A DNA stretch of 64,000 nucleotides from an uncultured Candidatus Saccharibacteria bacterium (GCA_964446735.1 CAYUQB010000001.1:27892-91891), one strand, 5' to 3'; shown: positions 47,401 through 56,231, numbered from the stretch's first letter. A program made the numbers and translations. The notes: generated from the sequence alone by a model not told the origin.

Positions 47401-47736
47401 CTAGTCCTCTGCGAGGAGGACAGCGAAAGTATTTGGCCCTTCACGCACCGTCATGAAGACGCCATGAAAGTCCACGTCGTGCGCCACTTGCGCTGAGATG
47501 ATGTCATAGGTGTGGTGGCCAGTTGACCTGGCCAGACTGGCCTCCAGCTCAGCGATTTCTTCGTTGTACTGGCGTCGGCGATAGCAAGCCGATTCGTATT
47601 CGCTTATCGCCGACTTGTCGTCTGCCAGTACGTTCGGTTCGAGCAGCCTGATCTGGGCTTCCAGAACTTGGAGCTCGGACCGACAAAGGGCAAGGCGTTC
47701 TGAGTCGCCTTTTAGCACCAATTTGCGTTCGTCCAT
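47401..47736 (-). CDS. hypothetical coiled-coil protein
   Basis: Start MDERKLV preceded by GGGAGcggacc; the N-terminal 114 codons of the listed ORF 47401..48078 look like read-through. Confidence 0.4.
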   Translation of the reverse strand: MDERKLVLKGDSERLALCRSELQVLEAQIRLLEPNVLADDKSAISEYESACYRRRQYNEEIAELEASLARSTGHHTYDIISAQVAHDVDFHGVFMTVREGPNTFAVLLAED

Positions 47737-47829
47737 GGTCCGCTCCCACTTGAAGATCGGTACCGGTACCGTGCCGGCATGATTCGTAGAACCTATCACT
47801 AAGGTCCTAGGTTGCCAACTAAAGGAACC

Positions 47830-47850
47830 AAGATCCCTATTCGGGATCTT
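47830..47850. promoter_or_regulatory. perfect 8-5-8 inverted repeat AAGATCCC-tattc-GGGATCTT (candidate operator or recombination site)
   Basis: Read directly; lies between the coiled-coil gene and the recombinase locus; a palindrome GGTACCGGTACC (about 47773) and a tandem AGTCCCCCA x2 (about 47918..47937) are nearby. Confidence 0.3.
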
Positions 47851-48080
47851 TCGTGTGCACCGTGGCTTGAGTCTTATCGAACTTCTGTAGGTGTATGTGT
47901 TGTAGAGAAGTCCCCCAAGTCCCCCAAGTCCACCACTCGAAGATTGCAGCGGTGTCGACTGAACACGGGCGGCTTCCCTCAGCCCGTGTTCAGCCACAAG
48001 ACATCCGCTGCAAATACTTGTTCCGGCTTGGCACATTCGTCCGCCTACCGTAGGGCCAGGAATGGCGCGAGCATGCACGC

Positions 48081-48254
48081 ATGCCCGAGCTACCCGGCGA
48101 TCTTCTCCTCGACCGCTACCTACCCGATGCGACGAATGAGGAACGTAGTGAGGCGCGTCAAAACCTCTGTGCCTTCGCCAAAGCTATGAAGAACCTCGGC
48201 GCAGAGCATCGGAACTACCGCTGGCAGATCGAGGCGCTGTCCGATGACGTATGA
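48081..48254 (+). CDS. small ORF (57 aa) translationally coupled to the serine recombinase
   Basis: MPELPGDLLLDRYLPDATNEERSEARQNLCAFAKAMKNLGAEHRNYRWQIEALSDDV; its stop overlaps the recombinase start as ATGA; below the 60-aa cutoff of the ORF track; weak SD. Confidence 0.35.
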   Translation: MPELPGDLLLDRYLPDATNEERSEARQNLCAFAKAMKNLGAEHRNYRWQIEALSDDV

Positions 48255-49660
48255 AGCCACACCTCGCCTACATCCGGGTGTCGACCGTCAGACAGGGTGA
48301 GCAGAACTCGTCACTGGCTGAGCAGCGGGCGTCCATCACGGCATACGCGCAGCGCCACAACCTCCAAATCGGCGAGTGGTTTGAGGAAATGGAGACCGCC
48401 GCGAAGAACGGCCGGCTCCAGTTCAATCGGATGATGACCCTGCTGCGTACCAAGCGGCACGGTGGCCTGCTTGTTCACAAGATCGACCGCAGCGCGCGCA
48501 ACCTCAAGGACTGGGCTAGGCTCGGTGAGCTCATCGATGAGGGCATCCCGGTACACTTCACGCATGAGAGCCTCGACCTCTCTTCCCGCGGCGGTCGACT
48601 GGCAGCCGACATCCAGGCGGTCGTGGCTGCCGACTTCATCCGGAACCTGCGCGATGAGGTGAAGAAGGGCATGTACGGGCGCTTGAAGCAGGGTTTCTAT
48701 CCCCTGCCCGCGCCGCCCGGCTACCGGGACCATGGCTCCGCAAAGCATAAGACCATCGACCCATTGAAGGGTCCCATCGTCCGCTTCGCCTTCGAGGGAT
48801 ATGCGACCGCCAACTACACGCTCGACACCATGCGAGAGGAACTCTGGCACCGGGGGCTCCGTGGGCCGAACGACAAGCCGCTCTCAAAGAACTCGATCGC
48901 AAGCACGCTCCACAACCCCTTCTACTACGGCGTGATCAAGATCCGCCGGAGTGGTGAGACCTTCATCGGTGGCCACGAGCCTCTCATTACGAAGAAGCTC
49001 TACGACCAGGTCCAGGAAGTCCTCAGTGGTCGGGCGGCGCTCAGAACGACCCACCACGACTTTGCGTACCGCACGCTCATCAGGTGCGAGCACTGCAAGA
49101 ATTTCGTCGTGGGTGAACGACAAAAGGGTCACGTCTATTACCGCTGCCACACCAAGGGCTGTCATCAGCGATCCCTCCGGGAGGATAGGATCGAGCAAAC
49201 CATCTTCGACACCCTCGCCAACCTACAGATGCCGGATGGCGAACTGATGGACCTCCGCGCCTGCGCGAAGCACTACGAGACCGAAGCACGGAAGGCCCGC
49301 AGGGAGACGGTCACCAAAGCTGAGCAGGAGCTGTTCCTCGTTGGCACCCGGCTCGCGAAGCTGACTGACGGGTACCTCGATGGCGAGATCGAGAGCGGTC
49401 TCTTCCGCGAGCGACAGACTGCCCTCGTCGAGCGTCAGGCGGAGCTGCGGCAGATCGCTGAGGAGAAGCCGGGCGATGCGGAGCTCGATCAGACCGCTGA
49501 AATGCTGAGCCTTGTGCTCGAGGCGCGCGCGAAATTCGCCGTCGCGACACCAGAGGAAAAGCGGCACCTGCTTCAGGCACTGGCGAGCGAGCTGACCGCG
49601 CGAGAGGGCGAGTTGGTACTCACGTTGCGGAGCCCGTTTGATCGAATCGCAACGACTTAG
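48251..49660 (+). CDS. large serine recombinase (resolvase/invertase catalytic domain + recombinase domain + zinc ribbon + coiled coil)
   Basis: Catalytic YIRVSTVRQ (Ser nucleophile), resolvase domain, Cys cluster CEHC...YYRCHTKGC, C-terminal coiled coil; 469 aa; about 62% GC. Confidence 0.85.
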   Translation: MKPHLAYIRVSTVRQGEQNSSLAEQRASITAYAQRHNLQIGEWFEEMETAAKNGRLQFNRMMTLLRTKRHGGLLVHKIDRSARNLKDWARLGELIDEGIPVHFTHESLDLSSRGGRLAADIQAVVAADFIRNLRDEVKKGMYGRLKQGFYPLPAPPGYRDHGSAKHKTIDPLKGPIVRFAFEGYATANYTLDTMREELWHRGLRGPNDKPLSKNSIASTLHNPFYYGVIKIRRSGETFIGGHEPLITKKLYDQVQEVLSGRAALRTTHHDFAYRTLIRCEHCKNFVVGERQKGHVYYRCHTKGCHQRSLREDRIEQTIFDTLANLQMPDGELMDLRACAKHYETEARKARRETVTKAEQELFLVGTRLAKLTDGYLDGEIESGLFRERQTALVERQAELRQIAEEKPGDAELDQTAEMLSLVLEARAKFAVATPEEKRHLLQALASELTAREGELVLTLRSPFDRIATT

Positions 49661-50640
49661 GGAATGAGCTCCCACGGACTGATGGGTGACCAACCATCAC
49701 GCGGAAGATTGTAGTGGTTATACACTGAGCCGTGACGGCATGTGCTGTAGACCATCGCGCCAGCTTTCTGCAAAGCGCGCACAACTGCGCGTCGAGGATG
49801 CTTTGTCGTGCCAGGCGAGGAGATGTAGGCAACTTCTGGAGCAAGGTGGGTTATTAACGCGCGATCAAGATTGCGGCGGCTCCCGTGATGCGGCACATCC
49901 AGCCAGTTCAACTTACTGATGTCCTTCACTGTCATCGCACCCCGCAATGCGCGTTTTCCGGCGTCTCCGGTGAACAAGTATTTTCGGCCATGCCCTTCAA
50001 TCAAGATAATGATACTGCTGTTGTTCACTGGCTTGGTATCTATAGATGGGTCGTCGATTATCGAAGTTCCAGGGATCGCTGCGACCGCTGCATCGGTTGT
50101 ATCGGAGTGGAACCACGCGCTAACGACTTCGTCGTTTAGCCAGATATCCCGAAACAGTCCTTCGCTTGGCCCAAGTACGTATACCGACCATCCGCCCCAG
50201 TCATAAATCGAATCAGGGCTTGCAAATAAGGTGTGCACGCTTGTCCCCTGCGCCTGCGCTGCGCTCTGTAGTGCGTCCATCCTTTCGAAGGCGGAGGTGA
50301 ACACACTGTATTCATCGCTTGTGAGCGCCGTTCGGGCCTTTTTTAACAAAAGAGGTTCGGAAATGACTCCTCTCGGGTCGTTCAGTATCAGGTGAGCAAC
50401 GTTATGGTTCTCAAGCAACGACACAAGACCGCCGATATGATCAGTGTCGGGGTGGGTGCTTACTACAATATCAACGCCGTTGTCGTGATATTGGCTGACA
50501 TGATTCAACAGAGGCTCGCTGTTCGCCGCGGCACCTCCGTCGATTACGATTACCCTGCTGTCTCCGCTTTCGTCTCGAAGTTCGACTACGTGCGAGTCAC
50601 CCTTGCCGACGTCTATCATTGTTATTCCGAGCTGCGACAT
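49657..50640 (-). CDS. metallo-beta-lactamase fold protein (ComEC C-terminal domain-like)
   Basis: HPDTDHIGG (HxHxDH), later WLDVPHHGS, typical of the ComEC/Rec2 MBL module; standalone 327 aa. Confidence 0.7.
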   Translation of the reverse strand: MSQLGITMIDVGKGDSHVVELRDESGDSRVIVIDGGAAANSEPLLNHVSQYHDNGVDIVVSTHPDTDHIGGLVSLLENHNVAHLILNDPRGVISEPLLLKKARTALTSDEYSVFTSAFERMDALQSAAQAQGTSVHTLFASPDSIYDWGGWSVYVLGPSEGLFRDIWLNDEVVSAWFHSDTTDAAVAAIPGTSIIDDPSIDTKPVNNSSIIILIEGHGRKYLFTGDAGKRALRGAMTVKDISKLNWLDVPHHGSRRNLDRALITHLAPEVAYISSPGTTKHPRRAVVRALQKAGAMVYSTCRHGSVYNHYNLPRDGWSPISPWELIP

Positions 50641-50642
50641 AA

Positions 50643-51239
50643 TTAGAGATTTGCGCTTTTAATCAAGGTGTAGGATTGGAGAACCTTCGATCGGTTGTAT
50701 CCAAAGAACCTGGCCCTCCGGTGCAGGAACAAATACGTAAAGAGCACACAAATAGCCGTGGATATGAATATCCACGGCTCATATGCTTGCGTGAAGATTA
50801 GATACGCAGCAAGAAAATCGACTTCGAGACCGAAGGCAACAGCCCATGCTCGGTAGAGACTGTACTGCGCGTTCAGGGCGGCAATCTGGCCCGATGCGTC
50901 CTTGGACAGCACGAGCAAGTAGCAGTGGTTATACACGTCTCGATGCGAAATTTGCCCTAAGGATAGATGCTCCCGTACCACCTCTAAAGTGGCGATTTCC
51001 TCATCTGTATAGGTATCCTTATTCTCCGCTGTGAGAATATTTGAAAGCGACTGGCAGACATGTCCTACGAAATAGGCAGCCAAGATCCACAATATGGCGG
51101 TATCGAGAGTGAACGCCGGCAGCCGCTCAGGAAACAACAACGCAGCGTCCACGTAGACGAGTGCAAGCGCAATTGCGCCGCTCGTCAGGAACGCAACTTG
51201 GTCGTAGAGGCTGAATTTAGAGAGAAATGTGTTTTCCAT
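50643..51239 (-). CDS. hypothetical integral membrane protein
   Basis: 198 aa with N- and C-terminal TM segments; 2 nt upstream of the MBL gene. Confidence 0.4.
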   Translation of the reverse strand: MENTFLSKFSLYDQVAFLTSGAIALALVYVDAALLFPERLPAFTLDTAILWILAAYFVGHVCQSLSNILTAENKDTYTDEEIATLEVVREHLSLGQISHRDVYNHCYLLVLSKDASGQIAALNAQYSLYRAWAVAFGLEVDFLAAYLIFTQAYEPWIFISTAICVLFTYLFLHRRARFFGYNRSKVLQSYTLIKSANL

Positions 51240-51320
51240 GCCGTCACGTGGGCATGACTACAGCATACTCCTCTTCTTCATGAAGGCTAGATCTGGTCGA
51301 AGACCTCCGCCTCCGGCATA

Positions 51321-51360
51321 GTTCGAACTCTCTACAGTAGACCGCAGGTGCGGTTCGAAC
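51321..51360. promoter_or_regulatory. twin GTTCGAAC palindromes 24 nt apart (candidate operator)
   Basis: GTTCGAAC at 51321..51328 and 51353..51360, about 80-120 nt upstream of the membrane/MBL operon start; I could not fold the region into a tRNA cloverleaf. Confidence 0.3.
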
Positions 51361-51366
51361 CCACGC

Positions 51367-51405
51367 AAAAGGCCTCGGAATCATTGAGTCCGAGGCCTTT
51401 TGCTC
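51367..51405. terminator. bidirectional rho-independent terminator
   Basis: AAAA-GGCCTCGGA-atcattgag-TCCGAGGCC-TTTT, a 9-bp perfect stem flanked by an A-run and a T-run; it lies downstream of the tRNA-Tyr 3' end. Confidence 0.65.
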
Positions 51406-51413
51406 CTGTCTTT

Positions 51414-51499
51414 TGGTGCGCCGGGAGGGATTCGAACCCCCGTAGGATAAATCCGCTTGGTTTACAGCCAAGTGCAATTGACCACTCTGCCACCGACGC
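51414..51499 (-). tRNA. tRNA-Tyr (anticodon GUA), encoded CCA
   Basis: Minus-strand cloverleaf: acceptor GCGTCGG/CCGGCGC (one G-U pair), anticodon stem CTTGG/CCAAG with loop CTGTAAA, long variable arm, T-arm GGGGG-TTCGAAT-CCCTC, ...ACCA 3' end; 86 nt. Confidence 0.8.
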
Positions 51500-51504
51500 A
51501 TGAA

Positions 51505-52113
51505 CTACGGCACTATACCAGCTTCGGCTGGCTTTTGGAACGGATTAGGTCCCTCAAACGTAAGCCGAGGAATATTACGATTCACATACTGGTATTCAAC
51601 CCCGTACTTCTCGGCGTAGATCTTATCAGCCGTATCAAATCGTGCCGTGCTCCAGTCAAATCCAAGTGCGGTAGAGACATCTCGGACGTGTTCTTCTGAA
51701 ATACCTTCAATTTCGACAAATGGCTCGAGCCACGGCCACTCGTCAATGGTTATCTCCGCGCCCTGTAGTTTCCAGAGTTCCCGTTTGGTTTCTTGGTAGT
51801 TTTTATCCCGACACCCCAGAAGCCGGAGCAGCTCCTGTCCGCGCTCGAAGTTATCAATGGTAAGGGCGAGTTCTCCTTGATGGTCCATTTGCGAATTATC
51901 ACCTCGCCGTTCCTTGATGCTGAGGGTGATCTTATCACCCTCGTCTCGGATACGAACCCACGCACGAAGCGCGTACTCTTCGTCCGGAGGATATAGGTTC
52001 ACCCGGCGCATAAAGCGTTCTGGATAGATGAGGGTTGCACCCGCATCAGTAAGTCGACGTCTGACCTCGTCTTTATCAACCGGCCAAAACGTTGCTTCCC
52101 ATTCGGTCTCCAT
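51505..52113 (-). CDS. CYTH-domain protein (triphosphate tunnel metalloenzyme family)
   Basis: 202 aa; N-terminal ExExK-like motif (TEWEATFWPV...), repeated acidic beta-strands typical of CYTH (LRAWVRIRDEGDKITLSIKER ... ITIDEW...EIEG). Confidence 0.6.
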   Translation of the reverse strand: METEWEATFWPVDKDEVRRRLTDAGATLIYPERFMRRVNLYPPDEEYALRAWVRIRDEGDKITLSIKERRGDNSQMDHQGELALTIDNFERGQELLRLLGCRDKNYQETKRELWKLQGAEITIDEWPWLEPFVEIEGISEEHVRDVSTALGFDWSTARFDTADKIYAEKYGVEYQYVNRNIPRLTFEGPNPFQKPAEAGIVP

Positions 52114-52115
52114 AG

Positions 52116-53348
52116 CTATTTCTGCCGTACCAAAAGCTTTTCAGTCTTTCCTTTCTGCAGTACCGCTAGTCCATGGTTGAAATCAGTTGATTCAAGAACA
52201 CGGTCAGTGAGTACGGTATCTCCATTGAGCTTGATTCCCTTTGCGTCCATGAGTCGTCGTGCTTCAGATTTTGACGGTAGGAATTCTGTCAGAGTAAGTG
52301 CGTCGATGATGCTTGCGCCTGGCACCACCGATACCGATGGGACAGAAGCAAAGAGTGCATCCCGATCAGCGAGGGTAAGTGAATCAAAGGGTGCATTTGC
52401 GAAGAGGACTTCAGAGAAACGTTCCGCACGGTCTGCCTCTCCTTTTCCATGCACCAATGTCGTTACTTCCTGGGCGAGTGTCCGCTGTGCGGTACGACGC
52501 TCTGGGTTCCGCCCATGCATTTCAAGCAATGCATCGATCTCACTGGTCGAACGGAATGTATAGAACTTCATGAGCTTGCTCACCTCGCTATCGGGCTGAT
52601 TGAGCCAAAACTGGTAGAACTGAAACGGAGATGTCTTTCGAGCATCGAGCCACACCGCGTTCCCTTCCGATTTTCCGAATTTCCGTCCGGTAGCGTCAGT
52701 TACAAGCGGAATGGTGACCGCGTATGCTTCGCGCCCCTGTTTGCGACGGATAAGCTCCACTCCCGAGAGAAGATTCGTCCACTGGTCGCTCCCACCTACT
52801 TGTAGATCGCATCCATATTTTTGATTCAGTACGAGGTAGTCATAGCCTTGAAGGAGTGAGTACGCGAACTCAGTGTACGAAATACTCTCGTCTGGAGTCT
52901 CGAGCCTTCGGCGGATGATGTCACGCTTCACGAGCTCATTTACAGTGAAGTGCTTTCCAATATCACGTAGGAAATCTATAAGCTTAATTTTGAGAAGCCA
53001 ATCTGCATTATTCACGAGCGTTACCTTGGTACCGATGATGCGCTGCATCTGATCACGGAGCGCTTTGGCGTTCCGGGTGATCAGCTTAGCGTCAGGAAGC
53101 TGACGTTCGCCACTCTCTCGTGGATCCCCGATCATTCCTGTACCACCTCCGACAAGAAGAATGATTCGATTCCCCGCCTGTGCGAGACGGCGCATGAGAA
53201 GAATTACCGCAAGATTACCGGCCTGCATAGAGTCGGCAGAGGGGTCCACACCAAGATAGACGGTTCGAGGTTTGCTGAAGACTTTCTCCAGCTCAGCCGA
53301 GTGGTGCTCGATAAGTCCACGTGCTTTGAGGTCCTCAATGAAGTTCAT
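52116..53348 (-). CDS. tyrS: tyrosyl-tRNA synthetase
   Basis: Start ATGAACTTC (MNFIEDLK); HIGH-type (GVDPSADSMQAGN) and KMSKS (KFGKSEGN) motifs; C-terminal S4-like domain; the listed ORF 52116..53840 has a 164-codon artefactual 5' extension. Confidence 0.9.
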   Translation of the reverse strand: MNFIEDLKARGLIEHHSAELEKVFSKPRTVYLGVDPSADSMQAGNLAVILLMRRLAQAGNRIILLVGGGTGMIGDPRESGERQLPDAKLITRNAKALRDQMQRIIGTKVTLVNNADWLLKIKLIDFLRDIGKHFTVNELVKRDIIRRRLETPDESISYTEFAYSLLQGYDYLVLNQKYGCDLQVGGSDQWTNLLSGVELIRRKQGREAYAVTIPLVTDATGRKFGKSEGNAVWLDARKTSPFQFYQFWLNQPDSEVSKLMKFYTFRSTSEIDALLEMHGRNPERRTAQRTLAQEVTTLVHGKGEADRAERFSEVLFANAPFDSLTLADRDALFASVPSVSVVPGASIIDALTLTEFLPSKSEARRLMDAKGIKLNGDTVLTDRVLESTDFNHGLAVLQKGKTEKLLVRQK

Positions 53349-53430
53349 GCGAAGACTATACCAAGAAATTATGATGCGGCCGATCTCCATACAGAAAGGA
53401 GGGGGTCGAGACCCCCTCCAATCACCCATA

Positions 53431-54090
53431 TCATACGCACAGACAGGTGCCGCCCTCCATGACGTCGAGCAGACGACCGAACGTCGCTTCCTGGTCCAGT
53501 GTGCTGGTGTCCAGGAAGTGCATGTCGGGCGTACGCCGCAGCGGATCGAACGGGCGGGCGCTGTCCGTGGCGTCGCGCTCGGCGAGGCTCTGACGGACCT
53601 CCTCGAGCGTGAGGGTCGGAACCCGAATGGACAGTTGCGCATGGCGGCGTGCTGCACGAACGTCGAGGCTGGCGTCGATGTAGAACTTGCAGCCAGCATC
53701 TGGAAGCAACACTGTGCCAGCGCTCCGCCCGTCCACCACCGCAGACGGGAAGCCGCCAATGACCTGCTCGACCACGGCGAGCATGGCGCGGAGCTGCTCA
53801 GGATTGGCAGCACGTTCCGCTGTGAGGCGACCCAGCTCATCCGAGGCGAGGTCGTCGATTACCTGTTCGTGATAGGTGATGCGGCTGTGTTCGCCATCCC
53901 ATTCATACCGCCAGGAACCTCCGGTGAAGTCCATCTCAGAGATGGCCGACACCAGTTCGTTTTGAACCCCGTAGGTGCAGGCGCGGAAGACGAGCCCCGC
54001 GTCCACATGTGCGAAGCCGTATGACTTCGCAACCATGCGAGCCAGCGTCCCCTTACCGGAGGCGGCTGGACCACAGATCGTCACGTTCAT
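53431..54090 (-). CDS. cmk: cytidylate kinase
   Basis: Start MNVTICGPAASGKGT (P-loop); about 220 aa; about 62% GC, above the backbone. Confidence 0.8.
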   Translation of the reverse strand: MNVTICGPAASGKGTLARMVAKSYGFAHVDAGLVFRACTYGVQNELVSAISEMDFTGGSWRYEWDGEHSRITYHEQVIDDLASDELGRLTAERAANPEQLRAMLAVVEQVIGGFPSAVVDGRSAGTVLLPDAGCKFYIDASLDVRAARRHAQLSIRVPTLTLEEVRQSLAERDATDSARPFDPLRRTPDMHFLDTSTLDQEATFGRLLDVMEGGTCLCV

Positions 54091-54094
54091 TGAA

Positions 54095-54439
54095 TTACCC
54101 TCTTGTCTTGGCGGTGTGCCGCCGTTTGGTGAAGAATCCTTGGCGAAGTCGAAACGCAAGCCGTCCGTCATGATGCCGGATTGGGCTTCCGATCACGGTT
54201 TTGCACTCGGTGCAGGTGAGCCTTTCAAGATCCTCAGGCGCACGTAGCCGACTCTGATGCTGCAGAGCCGCAAGAGACTCGGGAGCGAGGATGCGGTTCA
54301 GATAGCAACGCTTGAGTTGACCGTCGCCATCTTTCTGGTAGTCGAGAACCAGACCTCCACAGGTGGCGCAGTCAACCGAGATGACAAACGCCTTCCCGCC
54401 CCGTGCCTTTCGGTACTTGTCATTGGTGAGTTCATACAT
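54095..54439 (-). CDS. hypothetical zinc-ribbon protein
   Basis: 114 aa with CATCGG...C and CTEC cysteine pairs; basic C-terminus. Confidence 0.4.
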   Translation of the reverse strand: MYELTNDKYRKARGGKAFVISVDCATCGGLVLDYQKDGDGQLKRCYLNRILAPESLAALQHQSRLRAPEDLERLTCTECKTVIGSPIRHHDGRLAFRLRQGFFTKRRHTAKTRG

Positions 54440-54516
54440 GGCACGTCCTTATGAAAGAACACTGGATACTACGAAGGCCCCGTATCCAACAGTGAGAAGG
54501 TGGTGATGATCATACG

Positions 54517-55359
54517 TTAGGTATTGAAGCCAAGCGTGTGGCCCCATTCGCGTTGTTTCGCCTTGAGGTTTCGCATGACGTGCGCATTAGAAGACTTCGA
54601 GACAACCGGTTGTACTGAGGTGACCTTCATACCAAGTGCTTGGAAAGCACCTACTTTGCGGGGATTGTTAGTCGCTAGTTTAAAGGACTGGCTGTGACCA
54701 AATCCAAAGGTGCGAAGCATGAGTACTGCTTCGGTGTAGGTACGCTGGTCAATGGCTTGCTCATCGCCATAAAAGAGGCGCGCGGCGGCAACCGTATCAA
54801 GGCCATATTCGGACATAAGTAACTGATTGGCCATCTTGAACTCACCCCACCCGCGTCCGTCATGTGCGGGTATGCTCACGATAATCCCTGTTTTATTTGC
54901 TGTGCATTCTTGCATTGCCAGATGAAGTTGCTCGCGACAGTCACACGTCACATCGCTGAACACCTGTCCGGAAGTGCATCCTGAATCAAGCCGGATAAAA
55001 TTCTCGTCCGCCGTAAGACACGCCACAAGCGATGGATAGAACAAGAAATAGTGCGTCGCCCATTGTCCACCGATCACTTCAGCAGGAATAAGCTCGAAGG
55101 TACCGTGCGGTGTTTCGATCGGACCAGCAACACCGAACGAAACGTATTCCTGCTTACCGTTGAGTATGGTTGAGGCAAATTGCGGTTGTGCAGCGAATGC
55201 TACTAGGCGCTCTGCAAACTCTTCCGGTAGCTCACCTTCCGAATAGCGTAGAAGTGGCTGATATTCCGAATGCACAGAACCTGCGGCCATAGCCTCATCA
55301 AGGAGTTCCCGAAGCGTTTTACGCTTCTTCGCCAAAAGACGTTCGTATCTCCTGGTCAT
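54517..55359 (-). CDS. GTP cyclohydrolase II family protein (standalone)
   Basis: GCTSGQVFSDVTCDCREQL resembles the RibA zinc site (CLTGxxxxSxRCDCGxQ); TNNPRKV resembles TNNPKK; the N-terminal half is unrelated to DHBP synthase. Confidence 0.5.
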   Translation of the reverse strand: MTRRYERLLAKKRKTLRELLDEAMAAGSVHSEYQPLLRYSEGELPEEFAERLVAFAAQPQFASTILNGKQEYVSFGVAGPIETPHGTFELIPAEVIGGQWATHYFLFYPSLVACLTADENFIRLDSGCTSGQVFSDVTCDCREQLHLAMQECTANKTGIIVSIPAHDGRGWGEFKMANQLLMSEYGLDTVAAARLFYGDEQAIDQRTYTEAVLMLRTFGFGHSQSFKLATNNPRKVGAFQALGMKVTSVQPVVSKSSNAHVMRNLKAKQREWGHTLGFNT

Positions 55360-55386
55360 GCCACAAGTATGGTCCGCGCCGAATTG

Positions 55387-55430
55387 TTGTCAATACCTGG
55401 CAACAGCATGCTGTTAACAACTATTGACAT
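55387..55430. promoter_or_regulatory. extended dyad: TTGTCAATA-cctggc-AACAGCATGCTGTT-aacaact-ATTGACAT (candidate operator overlapping a TTGACA -35)
   Basis: Perfect 14-bp core palindrome AACAGCATGCTGTT flanked by inverted TTGTCAAT/ATTGACA arms; lies in the divergent intergenic region between the GCH-II-like gene and the TrmB-like gene. Confidence 0.35.
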
Positions 55431-55460
55431 GTAGGGCGTTTAGCCCAGAATCAACAGTAT

Positions 55461-56231
55461 ATGAGCCAAGAACTCGAGGAGAAGCTCCTTGAATTCGGCC
55501 TTTCCGAAAAGGAGGCAAAGGTCTATATCTCATTGCTTGAGATAGGCACCTCGCTCGTGACTGATGTTGCCAAGAAGGCCGGCATCAATCGTAGTACTGC
55601 CTACGTCATCCTCGAGTCGCTCGCCAAACAGGGACTCGTCTCAATCACCGAACGCAAGAATATTCGGCTCTACACCCCTGCCCCGCCGGAGCGTCTCATC
55701 CAGAACCTGGAAGAAAAATCACGCAAGGCAATTGAGTTAGTCGGTATTGCAAAGACCATCCTTCCCGAACTCAAGTCGTTCTTCAGTGGTTCTGGTCCCA
55801 AACCCAAGATTCAATTCTTCGAAGGTACCGAAGGAATTAAATCAGCGTATGAGGACACGCTCACCTCAAAGGAGCAGATCAAAGCATTTGCCTCAATCGA
55901 ATCTATGCACTCAACGCTACCCGGCTTCTTCCCTGACTACTATCAACGCCGTGCTACCAAAGGCGTTTCGATCAAGGCAATCTTCCCGGACACCCCAGAG
56001 GCTCGTGAGCGTGTCTCACTTAATAAGCAGGAAAAGCGCGAGGCGGTTTTGGTACCGGTTGATAAGTTCTCACTGACTCCAGAAATTAATATGTACGACA
56101 ACAAGGTGGTATTCATGTCGCTCAAGGAGCGTTTTGCACTGGTGATCGAAAGCCAGGAGCTCGCGGATGCCTTTAAGAAAGTCTTTGACCTTGCATGGCA
56201 GGGAGCAAAACAACATGGCACAGAAAAATAG
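55461..56231 (+). CDS. TrmB-family transcriptional regulator
   Basis: N-terminal winged HTH (GLSEKEAKVYISLLEIGTSLVTDVAKKAGINRSTAYVILESLAKQGLV) plus C-terminal TrmB-type domain. Confidence 0.7.
   Translation: MSQELEEKLLEFGLSEKEAKVYISLLEIGTSLVTDVAKKAGINRSTAYVILESLAKQGLVSITERKNIRLYTPAPPERLIQNLEEKSRKAIELVGIAKTILPELKSFFSGSGPKPKIQFFEGTEGIKSAYEDTLTSKEQIKAFASIESMHSTLPGFFPDYYQRRATKGVSIKAIFPDTPEARERVSLNKQEKREAVLVPVDKFSLTPEINMYDNKVVFMSLKERFALVIESQELADAFKKVFDLAWQGAKQHGTEK

Noticed and set aside
47737-48078. N-terminal 114 codons of ORF 47401..48078
   Set aside because: Low-complexity Gly/Ser/Cys-rich read-through. The internal ATG at 47736 has an SD and begins the coiled-coil protein.
51290-51370. Second tRNA next to tRNA-Tyr
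   Set aside because: It contains T-loop-like GTTCGAAC twice, but I could not build acceptor, D or anticodon stems in either orientation. Reported as a palindrome pair / possible remnant instead.
47401-51400. Intact prophage or ICE around the serine recombinase
   Set aside because: No capsid, terminase, portal, relaxase or conjugation genes. Only the recombinase, a small ORF, a coiled-coil gene and (non-GC-rich) MBL/membrane genes. At most a remnant or minimal element.
53349-53840. Long N-terminal extension of the tyrS ORF (track ORF 52116..53840, 574 aa)
   Set aside because: The extension is Ser/Arg/Pro-rich read-through with no SD. A genuine ATG (MNFIEDLK) at 53348 gives a normal-length TyrS.
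53272-54024. 250-aa plus-strand ORF antisense to cmk
   Set aside because: Antisense GC-rich artefact. cmk on the minus strand has a P-loop and a kinase signature.
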